From Ascidiella aspersa (taxonomy: Eukaryota): a DNA stretch of 64,000 nucleotides. The DNA lies in the NCBI GenBank assembly GCA_963924565.1, contig OZ004613.1:13392001-13456000 (forward strand), given 5' to 3'. Below the pieces are notes generated by a model. The model was given only the letters and a program-made list of their open reading frames with translations. It was not told the origin of the DNA and did not search any database. Positions 41,592 through 53,000 of the stretch are shown here, piece by piece; the stretch's first letter is position 1; every line of letters begins with the position of its first letter. The position numbers were made by a program, and so were the translations under genes.

Positions 41592-44500
41592 ATGTTGTCA
41601 GTTGTAAATCAGCATGTAAAAGCGTCAGTCTATTTGCTTCTGGTCACCGTGTTTTTAACCAACTTCGTCGAAAAAGCTTTAACTCAAGGTGTTCTGGAAG
41701 AATTGGAGCTGATGGACCACAAAAAGATTTTCCTCAACAAATCTGTGATCACTGTAACCGATCAAATTTCGATGGCGGCGAACTATGGGGGATCGAATGT
41801 AATGTTTATCGAAGGTATACGGATACGTAATTAAATGTATTAGAGGCATTATTTTGTATATTTAGTTGATTTTGATTGCTAAAAAGGTTTTAAATACGTC
41901 TAAGGCAGGGGTTCTTTTTTCACACGGATCCCAAAACAAATGTTTTGGTTCGCGTGGACCATGGTCGACATGTTTTTTTTAGAAATTACGTCATATATGG
42001 ACGTCATAAAATGACAGCACGCTTAGTAAACCTGCTGATTCGGTCAAACAAGAAAACTGTATTTTTCGCTTACGACGAAAAACAGAACATTAAGTTCACT
42101 TAAACTCGTAAAGTAACTTAACAAAATATATAATAACAATTGAGTTACATATGTACTTTGATGTAAAACTAAAGTGAGCTAAATATATTGAGATTAAGAT
42201 AGTTTATGGCCGTTTTTTCAAATGCCATAGGGACAATTGTTAGACTTATGGGTATATTTGTACCTTAAACATTATCTCCTAATTTATTATTTTTATTTAT
42301 TCTCAATCTTAATTTTGGAAAATAGTACACCGCAAACCATTGAGAATATTTACGATCCTTGGTTTAGGATATCTTAAAAAATCTTTAAACATGCCAAAAA
42401 ATAACGAAAGTTTAGTCTAGTTATTTAACATTATATGTTTTCGACTATTTGTAATTGTTTAATTTCCAAAAATGCCTAATATTGGTTTGAAACGAATCAT
42501 TTTATATAAAACAACCTTTTGAAAATAAACTTTAACAGGAACGGATGGAGTTTTAGTTGTGGATGCTGCTGACAGCTCAATATCGGCTTCCAACATGTTA
42601 AAAGTCTACCGTGAGCAAATTACTAACTAGCCAATCAAGGGAATTATTTACACACACTTTCACCATGGTAGGAGAATCTAGTGTTTACAACATATTTGCT
42701 TTCATAAAATACAAGTACATTTTTGCAAGCATACCGTTGACCACAAATTGCGCGGTGCACTTCTTGGTTCTATACGATCCTAATTAACCGAGAGACATAA
42801 TTGCTATATTTCCTAGAAGTGTCAAACGCTTAGTCTTTTCATGTTTGCAATCCGAATTGTCACAAATTAAACCATCATACACAGTCACATTTTGTTCAAT
42901 TCAAGATTCATAATCACATTTATGAAGGCGATTCGATCAAAAACGTACATGCTGGCAAAATCGTGAAACTACCGGTACACTCCAATATAAATTATAGTTT
43001 TTTTTTTATATATTTAGCTTGCATTAATTACTTGTGAAATATAACATAATTACAAGGTTATTTTTAACACATGCCAAGTGAATAAACAATAATTAAAATA
43101 CTTTAGTCGTTTTCCCTTTTCTAAGGTCAAGTTTTAAACTAAACACACTGGAATAACTGTTTATTTTTACTCTGTTGTTTTTACCATTTAGATCACATCG
43201 CAGGATCAAGAGTATTCGTGGACCAAACCGACGGGGAAGTAAAAATTTTCGCCCATTCATCTACGGCTGATTGGATACGACGAAATTGTAGGAAATTATC
43301 ATTTACTCCTCTCGTTTAAGGATTATAGTGCGAAAAATATATTCAATTAAACTACGTCAACATAACTATAGATTACACAAGTCAGCATCAATTTAGTTGA
43401 ATAACTTGCAAAGGGTGATTTGGTTTATTTGGGTTGTTGATTCCAAAAATAACCTTTTTTCTATCATGTCATTTTTTACAAACATAATTCAAAATTTTGG
43501 TATTAAGCACAAAATGAGCGGGCAAGAAATTAACATAATTTAATGGAAAAATAGATCTATTTTTTGCTATTTCGAGCATATTCAAATGCCTCTTTTCTAT
43601 TCCGTAAAGGACACCAAAAGTAATCGGCTATCGAAGTTTAAACGTTTTTAGCTTAATTTAAAGATAGTTTTATCTGCCTAAGTAAATTCCGATTGTGTTA
43701 TATTAATTGTCTTCTGATAGCTGGGCATAGTCTTTGTCTTCATCTCTAAGGCCCCCAAAACTTAGCGTGATAACGGTCTGGAGTCTATTTAGAATTAGTA
43801 TCCAGGAATTTAATCAGAATAATTAGACCCTCATTTTGAATGTATAATGACATTTTTTATGGGTTCGAGTCAAAAACAAATAAGTTTAAAAAATTAAAGC
43901 AATTCGTCATTTTTAAAAGTGTGTTCAGTTTGTTCAGCCAAATTAAATAACTAAACGACAAATAACACACTTTTTTCATCTGGGGAAAAAATAGTTAATT
44001 AGCATTTCCAATTTTACAAATTGCAAAACTTTGTTATCATTTTGCTGTGTGGTAACATTATTATTTACAACACTCTAATCATTTTCAGACTTAGCGACTG
44101 AAACATACGGAGTACGCGCTGCGTTTCAACTAGGAAGTGTTCTTCCTACTTCGTTACAAGGAAACGGAATTGGGATATTCCAATTTAATGAAAATTATAC
44201 GAAAAGCGCGCTCAACCCAACCGATACGTTTGATTCAAGAAAGTCTTACAGCCTTGCGGGTAGGCAATGTGGTTTTGTGCTGTTGTTTTTTTTAATTTTA
44301 AAGTTTATTGAATACAACGAAGTGTTTGGTAAACGAATAAGCCTAATATTTTCTCTATAGGTATCGATTTTGAATTAATCCACACTCCTGGAGAAACTGG
44401 CGATCAGCTGACGGTGTGGATTCCAAGCATGAAAGCAGTCTTCACAGGAGACAACGTGTACAAGGCGTTTCCAAATCTCTATGCTATTAGAGGAACACCA

Positions 44501-45585
44501 AACTGAAACACAGAGGACTGGTTCAAAAGTCTTGATTTTGTTAAAAGCCTAGAACCCGAACTCCTGCTTCCCTCTCATAGTCAACCCATTATAGGAAAGG
44601 ACGAGATCGCAAACGTGCTAACGCATTATCGTGACGGCATACAGTTTGTATTCGATCAAACCCTAAGGTATATACATAAGGGATTAACGCCTGATCAGAT
44701 TGTCGAAGTCGTTAAGCTCCCGCCAAAGCTAGAAAACTTCCCTTATTTACGGGAGTATTACGGACAGGTTAGTTGGTCGGTTCGTGGAGTTTACGACTTA
44801 TTTATGGGTTGGTTTAACGGCAATCCGGCACAGCTAAATCCATTAAGTCCCGCAAAGAAAGCCACCCGTTGGGAAGAATTTTTTAGTTTGAGTTTGTTCG
44901 ATTTCAACCCCAAATATTCGACCCGTTAAAAATGCTCGCGTTTAATAGGATACTGTCAAGTGCCAAAGAGAGCGTAGAAGCTTCGTACGCAAGTTATGCC
45001 GCCACAGGAAAACACTTATTAGACGAGTTGCAATGGTCGTTAGAGATTACTGATATGGCTGTGCAATGGACCTCGGTAAACGAGGAATACTTAGCCCAAG
45101 CAAAAACCCTGAGAGTTAACGCTTTAATGGGACTCGCACGTTCAACCCTAAACGGTAACCAGCGAAACTACCAAATCACGACCGCGCTTATCTATAACGG
45201 GACTATAGATGCCAGCGGCAGCACACTTCGCAGACAGGGTTTCGTTATGACCAAGGATCTCGGCGCAGTAATGAATACGGTCTGCATGCGTCTTAAAGCC
45301 GAAACATGCGACGACGGAGTTATCACAAATATGCTTGTAGTGTTCACTGACCACCCGATTTGGTACCGTTACGTGCTTCGCAACTGTGTGTTTGAGTTCA
45401 CATCAGGCCCGGTCGCTGACCTGCCAGTCCAGTTCGACGTCAAGGTAGAAATGGCGTCTCAAGTGTGGCGAATGTTACTTGCAAGTTATTTTACCGCGAG
45501 CGACGCCCTCGATGCTCATGATGTTGTCGTCACCGGTTCTGTTGCAAAGTATCTAGAGTTTTTCTCATACATAGAGGAAGCCTAA
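41592..45585 (+). pseudogene. Alkyl/aryl sulfatase of the SdsA1/BDS1 family (MBL fold, dimerisation and SCP2-like domains), 6 exons, with two nonsense codons
   Basis: Exons 41592-41814, 42539-42667, 43192-43287, 44089-44259, 44361-~44875, 44949-45585; motifs SNVMFIEG.DGVLVVD, IIYTHFHHDH (HxHxDH), HTPGETGDQL, GDNVYKAFPNLYAIRGT, LLPSHSQP, FVFDQTLR, YLREYYGQVSWSVRGVY..MGWFNGNPAQLNPL, VFTD...LRNCVF; N-terminal hydrophobic stretch; TAG at 42628-42630, TGA at 44504-44506, no in-phase GT donor found for intron 5. Confidence 0.88.
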
Positions 45586-47073
45586 AATTGTCACACCGTC
45601 CCTGTAATTAGACTTGCATCAATTAATTGTCATTTAACTGGATAGGTTTAATAATAATCTAGATCAAGAGTAGCTAATAACTGTCTAGAGCGCTATAATT
45701 GAGTTTTGCTGTTCAATATTCGCTAATCTATTCATGCTTTATGTTTTGTATCTAGTTAATCCATTTAAGTTGGATTTGTGTATATTGCATGTTTCTGCGA
45801 CTCGCAATTAGTAGTAAATAAATCAAATATATGCTTAAGGTTCATACCCGTCTCTTTTCAAACAAATGATGTACTACGCAAATTGCTGTAACTTAACTTT
45901 AAATTGTTGACGAACGGGTATTTTCATAAGAAGTTATTTGATATTTGGTAATTTCCAAAAAACAGTTTGTCGCAATTCGAAACTTTTCCGAGTGAAAAAA
46001 TATCAAACTGATTAATTCCTCCTCAATCGCAGCCCTTTAAGTCGCTAGCAAAATTAGCCTACACAGAAGGAGTTAGAAAATGATTAATTTTGGGTTGCTG
46101 ATCCCAAAAATGACCTCAGGTTTATTTCGATTAGCCTAAGACAATATTTTAAGAAACGCAATTCAAAATGTTGGCTATATAAGAACAATCAAGTATGAGT
46201 TAGTTAACATTCACATTCACAAATATATTAAATATATAACTATTTAAGTATGCCTATGTCTAAAGTGCAATGAAACCTAATAACAGAACATATGTATCTA
46301 AATAGAAACTGTGAAAATAACATGATTACATGGAAAAATGTTTCTTTTTTTGACTTTCCTTAATTTTCATAGTATGCATATACTCTCTAACTCTCATCTA
46401 CTCACCACCTCTCATCTCATATAAGACACCAACACTAATCAGCCAACAAAATTGTCTAATTCCATGTAGAGGGGTAGCCTAGCTAAATTATCTCTAGACT
46501 TTTCCTTCATTGATGAGACCTTCTGCGTCGTTCTACCATGTAATAAACTGAACAACCAAACAGAGCAAAAAGTAGACAACAGTCAACTCCATTGCTCTAA
46601 AAGGACCTACATGATATTTTTAGTTTTTTCATCTTGATGGGTGGCCTTGCCTTTCCGCTTTCCTAAAACCGACTGTACGAAATTAAAGTGTTATACAGGA
46701 CTGATATAAGCCAAAGTTTAACAACTGCAATTCATAACGTATAGTAGGATTGGTGCAAGTGTTTTTTCTAATTTTTGTGTATTTTGTATTACTGATTGTA
46801 ATTTTTTTGTAGTAGATGCTAGCAAATTTAAAACTAAAGGATAACATTTGCGCTTTAATTTTAAATTAACTCACAAATAGCGGACCTGTATAACTAAGCT
46901 GCGTGGTTTACGTCTAAAAAAAGTAAAAAATACTTGTACAATAAAGATACGTTATAATAAATGAGTGATAGAATTTATTACGCAAATTTGCCACCGGTTT
47001 TACGAATAAAAACGATATAACGTTAACGGGGTAACCTTTAAGCATTACTATTGTACAAAATCGGGATAAAGGA

Positions 47074-50000
47074 TTACACTTGTCTTATTTTCAGCTCCAG
47101 GCCGTTTGCAGAACAAAGGCCAACGCCGGGAGCTGGCAAGGGTTCAGTCGTTTCGCTGTCCTTGTAGAATTCGAACCTTCGCAGCATTTGACAGATTACG
47201 ACTTTCATCTGTTGCATGGCAAAGTGTTGACCGATGCAGTTTCTGAAAACGTTCCAACATAAAACAACGATTTTAAACGATTCATGGCGGCACTTTGGGT
47301 AACGCAAAACACAACTTTACGATCTTTAGTATTATTGGTCAATCTTTTCCGATCTCATAAGGAAAAAAGAGCATTTACAGACTTGATGGAAGGCCTGCCT
47401 TATGGGTATACAAATCCATAGTTTATGGGTATGCAATCCAATTTAACGTTTGGAGCCCATATGTTGGAGCCATAAGAAAACAAGTTTTTAAATAAGAAAT
47501 TAATTGCGTTAAAATGATCAAATCAATTAAAATGATCGCATAAATTACTAAGCAGCTATAGAAGGGCTAGATCACAGTTGCAAACACACATATGTGTGTG
47601 TAATGTACATATTTGTAACTGTAGATCCCATTTAATATGAAGTTGCTTGTACGAACAGAATGTGGCAAACATTGGCGTATGGTGGTTTCTCGACTCGCTC
47701 CTCTCTGAGCATTTGCAGCTCAGTTGGTAGAACTACGGTCCCGGTGTGACCGGAGGTCGTGAATTCGAACCTCACTGCAAGCTATAGTTGTTTTTCTAGC
47801 CTGTCCTGCTGGCATCATTGATCGACAAATTCGTTGAGTCTTCGATGGCTTTCGGCGTATCAACTTTTTCACTAGTTGATAAAATGTACTCTGTTTGATT
47901 TTGGCTGTGCAGCGCAACTTGTGCTCGATGTGCGAAAATATGGGTTACCTCGCCCCAGCAGCAAAAGGGATGTAGGCAAATGGCGTTCGTTGAGCTGAAT
48001 TTTCCGGATTAAATCTGTCGGGGTCGAAAACCTACAGACATTTGTTTGGTTTAGAGAAATGATAGTTACCTATCCCCGTATACCATAGGCAACGTTTATT
48101 GATGAGATTTTATTATATACCAAAGTTTAATTTTTGTTGTAAACAGCACAATTATTTTTTTTAAAGATTAAATGTCACCCGCAAAACACTTTGAAGTGTT
48201 GTTATTTCTTTGGTTGGCAGACGTTTTCTTTGTGATAATAAGGTTGGAAAAACAGCAATAAGTTAATTTTAAACATATAATTTTAGATGAAAGACGTTAA
48301 TGAAGTGTTGGGTAAAAGCACTATTATGGTAATCAAGTTTACTACGTATTTTCAGGAAGACGAGTAAAATATTTCTTCAAATTTCTCTTAGTGTTTTTAG
48401 CTTCGTTCAATTTGAATGGTTTGCCAAAAAACGTAGGATAATTTGGGTGTACATTTGTTGGGGGCAATATCTGTTCCATTAATTATTATTCCTAACTATC
48501 TGTAAAATAAAACAGCTTAACATCAGTGGTATTTTATTAACATATTGTCAGAGGAAAGTCGCTTACATCAGGATTTTCCCAAATGTGAGGGTTCCTGTGT
48601 AGGGCGTAATTGTTAATCGCCACATAAATTCCCTTTTTTACAACGACTTTTTGGTTGTCCATAAACTGATGCGAGAATGTGACATCTTCGGTAAGTTCGC
48701 GGGCAATAATATGCAGAGGTGGCATCAACCTTAGTGACTCTTTGATGCATTGAGTCAAGTAGGGAAGGTTTGATAAGGCGTCCCTGGAAAGAATTGTACC
48801 TGTGTCATAATAAGGCTGACGTTTTTTGCGCTATGTGTTAAAACATTTAATTTTAAAAATACCATGGTAAACAAATAGAGTGTAAGTGCGAGTTTCGTTT
48901 AAAGTAAACAACCTGTTTGCCTGTGACGTGGATTGTTCTCATAAAATGCTAGAAAGTTTTTGCTGTGTTTTGTTAGTCACATTGTCCTAGGTAAGCTTTT
49001 GTAAAGGGCTGAAAATCACTTTCTTCTAAAAAAGGGGTAATTTGCAGTTAAACAAAGGCATTATAAAGAAATGTCCTTACTCTGTTAAAGGAACCATGGA
49101 AATAAAACACCTATTCCACTGATACAAGCCTATAACAAACGTTAAAAGATTTGCGTCGATAACCTCGACAATTCATTTAAATAAAACACACGTTTGCATC
49201 TTACCAGCTTACTTCAGGTCCTTCAACAACTTCGTTAATTTCTTCTCTACATTTCTGCTGTATTTCAAGGTCTTTTGCCAAAAAGTGTAATAGCCAACAC
49301 ACAGCTAAATTTACAACATATAAGCTTTTCGACAAAAAAAATCATTCGAATAAATTATACATTTTACCACTAGCAACGGTGCCTTGTCCAGCGCTAAAGA
49401 AAGTGGTTACTTCATCACTGATTTCGTCATTGGTTAACCCGACGCCGTCTTGGTCCTGTTAAAAGACGAATCATTTGGTTTAAGCTGGAAATACATTTAA
49501 GCTGAAAATACAATTGTCCGGAACTAAGAAGTTTTACACTGGCTGGTAGATATTCTTTAAAAGGTAGATATTCTTCTTTAAAACAGCATACAGAATTCAG
49601 TGCGGGTAATATAACATTAAGATTTGCCGTAAGAAACTGTCTAGCGGTTAAATTTTCTGAATCACATAATTGGCTTTAATGTTTTTCGCCCAAAACAGTA
49701 CACAATAAAGACGTCATTCGGTATCGGATCGCCATACTTTTGGGGCAAAATATCGGGTATCGGTATCGGAATAAATAAGTATAGGACATCCCTACTGCAA
49801 ATGCTGTACTTTTATTGTGTTTACAGAAGTAACTCAAATACTTATTCCAACTTAACTGTGTCAAGTTACATTTGCTGTAATTTAAAACAAAATTTAACCC
49901 AAGCTAATATTTGGTAAGTGCTGCGTTAACTGCTGTAAATGTACATAAACATTAATCAGTATAATATAATTATTTCAGGAATTGTTATTATTGGTCGACG

Positions 50001-53000
50001 TACGGCGATTGTTTTCATTGTGCCAACAATCATAAGTTGAATGCAATTATATAATTGCAGTGCGACTTCGCAAGTCACTAATACACGAATTTAATTGAAG
50101 ACCGAGGCACCAACGTGATAGTTGTTCTACTTTTGTTGTTTGCTATTGTAAAGTGTCAATCTACTATGCCCATTCGGTTTTTTTAAAATCGCTCACTCGT
50201 CTGCATACTTACTCGTCCTGCAAATTGAAACATTAAAAGCGTGTCACCAAAAAGTAATGGTAGGGTATTTTTGTGAGGTTTAGGAGGGAAAGAACCGTGT
50301 TGGAAAGCGAGGTTTAAATCGTTGAACCCTAAATACATTGGGAGTCTGTGCAGACCTGGGGCGCGGAGTTAGAACCATACAGGTAGCCTTAGTCAAAGCG
50401 CCGAATTGCATTTGTACGCGACCAAACATTTCAGTGCAAAGACGTGCGCCTCAAATGCCTCACAGCATTTATCATGCTTCTCAATTTTATTTCAATTTTA
50501 CGTAACCTTAAGCACTGCCACTTTCACCTTACTTAAGAAAAGAAAAACAGTAATGTAGCAGCATTTTGTTTTAGTGTATTAACCTTTTTTTTTTTAAATT
50601 ATCGAACCTTAAAACTAATACAATATGAACCATTGAAACGTGTCTTATTGAATACTGGTTTTGACAACTTGCGTTCTTAAATGTAACAGTTCATATAAGA
50701 TTTTTGTAGTAAGATTGTATTCAAACAACCAAATAATGCTGTAAAACTGCATTATACGAAAAAAACTTAACGGGCTAAAGTACTATAGTATAATAATTTT
50801 CGGGTTTTTATTTTTTATGTCACTTTGCTGGTCTCTGTTCGTTTTTTTGTTATCTTAGGAAGTGGCCAGGGGTATTAAAAGTTGACTATGCTTAACTAAT
50901 ACTGTGACCAATTGTCAAAATAAATGGTATTTTCTATTTTTTAACATTAACAATTTAAATATAAGGTTTGTTTATTTGGGTTCCTTTTTAGACGGCTAAT
51001 TAATAACAAATTTACATTTCTTAAGCAGCCTTTTTCTCGGTGTGCCTAGGATTGCGACCCCTTCTGTCCCCGCTTAATTGGGTAGTAAGTGTACTAAAAG
51101 CGCACAAAAAATCACTCATATGTTGGATAGTAAATTTTAGGAATTCAGAACCTTAGTTTGTATCAATATGTCCAAGAAATCGATCGACTGTCCCTTTCGC
51201 TTGCGAAAAGATAAAGACTGGTTTCCATCAGCCAGTTCATCTGTTTCAACGCTTTCGGCGTCGTCCTTCAATAGCTTCAAGGCTGCTCGTCGTTCTCGGA
51301 TAATCTGAGTCAGCAACATTGTGACACTTGTGGTAGGTCATTGTTTTCAGAGCCACAAGTATGTTTACATATATTAAATAGGGTGTTTCACGCTAAACAA
51401 TATAGTTTAATATGTTGCTTGATCTTGTTACCTATAAAGGTCTGGATTCTATAGTTCTATCTAGAGCGACGTTGGCCTTGGTTTTAAGTAATTTAAAGCA
51501 GGGATGGTAAATCTTTTTTTTTATTCTGCAATCCCTTTTAATTTGTTTTAACATTAAGTTTTGTTTAAGCCGTGATAAATGGAAAAGCTCTTGTAGCCTT
51601 CTGCAAATATTTGTCAAACAAATCTGCGAATCGGTGTATGAATGTGGTCGATGTAACAATTCGTTTAAAATTAATCTATCGATCCAACCTCACTTTTGGA
51701 AGTTCCATGTTAAAGTAACTTTAGTTAAGGGAAATATACAGATATTTTGCAAAGCAACTTTACAGCACAATACTTCAACGCTATAATCACTAAACACTTA
51801 CCCCGTCCACCTTACGATGAATCAAGTCGACTATGCTCTGAAGCCTCTTACCACGTTTCAGACGCTTAAAAATAAAATCATACCAAAGGGTGGGCGTACC
51901 CCAACGTTCAAATATCAACCCAGATGCCTCTTTAATACTTCTGATGTACATGTCGTTTTCTCTGTAAATTAATTTGCATAGCTGTTTTTTTTTTCAATGG
52001 GGGGCTGCATTTTTAGAATGGACGATTGTACCTTGAGAAAAACCATTGCCTTCCAGTAAGTGACTAAACATATAGGCTAAACTATAAAGTTGTTTTATAA
52101 CGTTATGTGAACCATAGCGTTTTCATATAACCGTTAAACTAAGCAAATCAAACTTCAATATAAACTAAAAAATTATGTTAAATTGAATGAAGAATTTTAA
52201 TGAAAGAACAAGACCCGAAGCCTATCTGGCCAGGTTAAGAGTTATGCGTCCATAATTAAAACGTGGTAGGCATCAAGTAAAATAAATTATTTAAACATGT
52301 GTCATTTTGGTGGTAATTGGTGTATTCGGCCTTTACAGTAATTTATCACAAAACAATAACGTAGACATGTCCTATAAAAATTGATTGTTAGATGCTTTGG
52401 ATAGGCAACATGCTTTGGTACAGTGACTTCCAACCATTATTATCATAAACCCCTTAAAAAATATCAATCTTACGGACACCTGTATTTTGTCTTATTCTAA
52501 CCAGTAAATTTGTAAATCTATGCGTTTAAATTTATAATACCATAGTAAACTAGTAAAGCAAAACATTCTTAATAGGTTTTATGGTTAGGAACTTTTGCAT
52601 AGATTCAAAAGAAATCGTTATTTTTCATAGCAAGGACTTCTAGGATGTGTGGACTTATAAAAGCAGTTTGCGAAGTTTACGATGAAACATAGCCCATTTA
52701 TTAAAACTATTTAATATAATACAAAGCTTTTTATTGGCATTAAACTATCGTTATTAGGCCTAAGTCTTTATATACCAGGTATTGTTAGAATACATAATTA
52801 ATTCTTTGTTTTAATTTAAACTAAGGGCTGTGCTGACTTTTTAAATACACGATTTTCAGATCGTAAAATGGCGAATATTATGTTACTGGATCAAACCGGA
52901 TATCGATAGCATAATTGATTTGCATTCCGTTGAATGAATGGCTGTCAGGTATACTTACTCTGATCCGAGCTCGTTGGTTTTAGACATCACACACTCCATT

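Noticed and set aside
44504-44506. In-frame TGA in the sulfatase read as selenocysteine
   Set aside because: It aligns to an expected Arg rather than Cys, is explained by CGA>TGA, the gene also has a TAG, and I saw no convincing SECIS
41592-45585. Bacterial contamination or chimeric contig
   Set aside because: The gene has spliceosomal introns with host-like AT content and is continuous with host repeats
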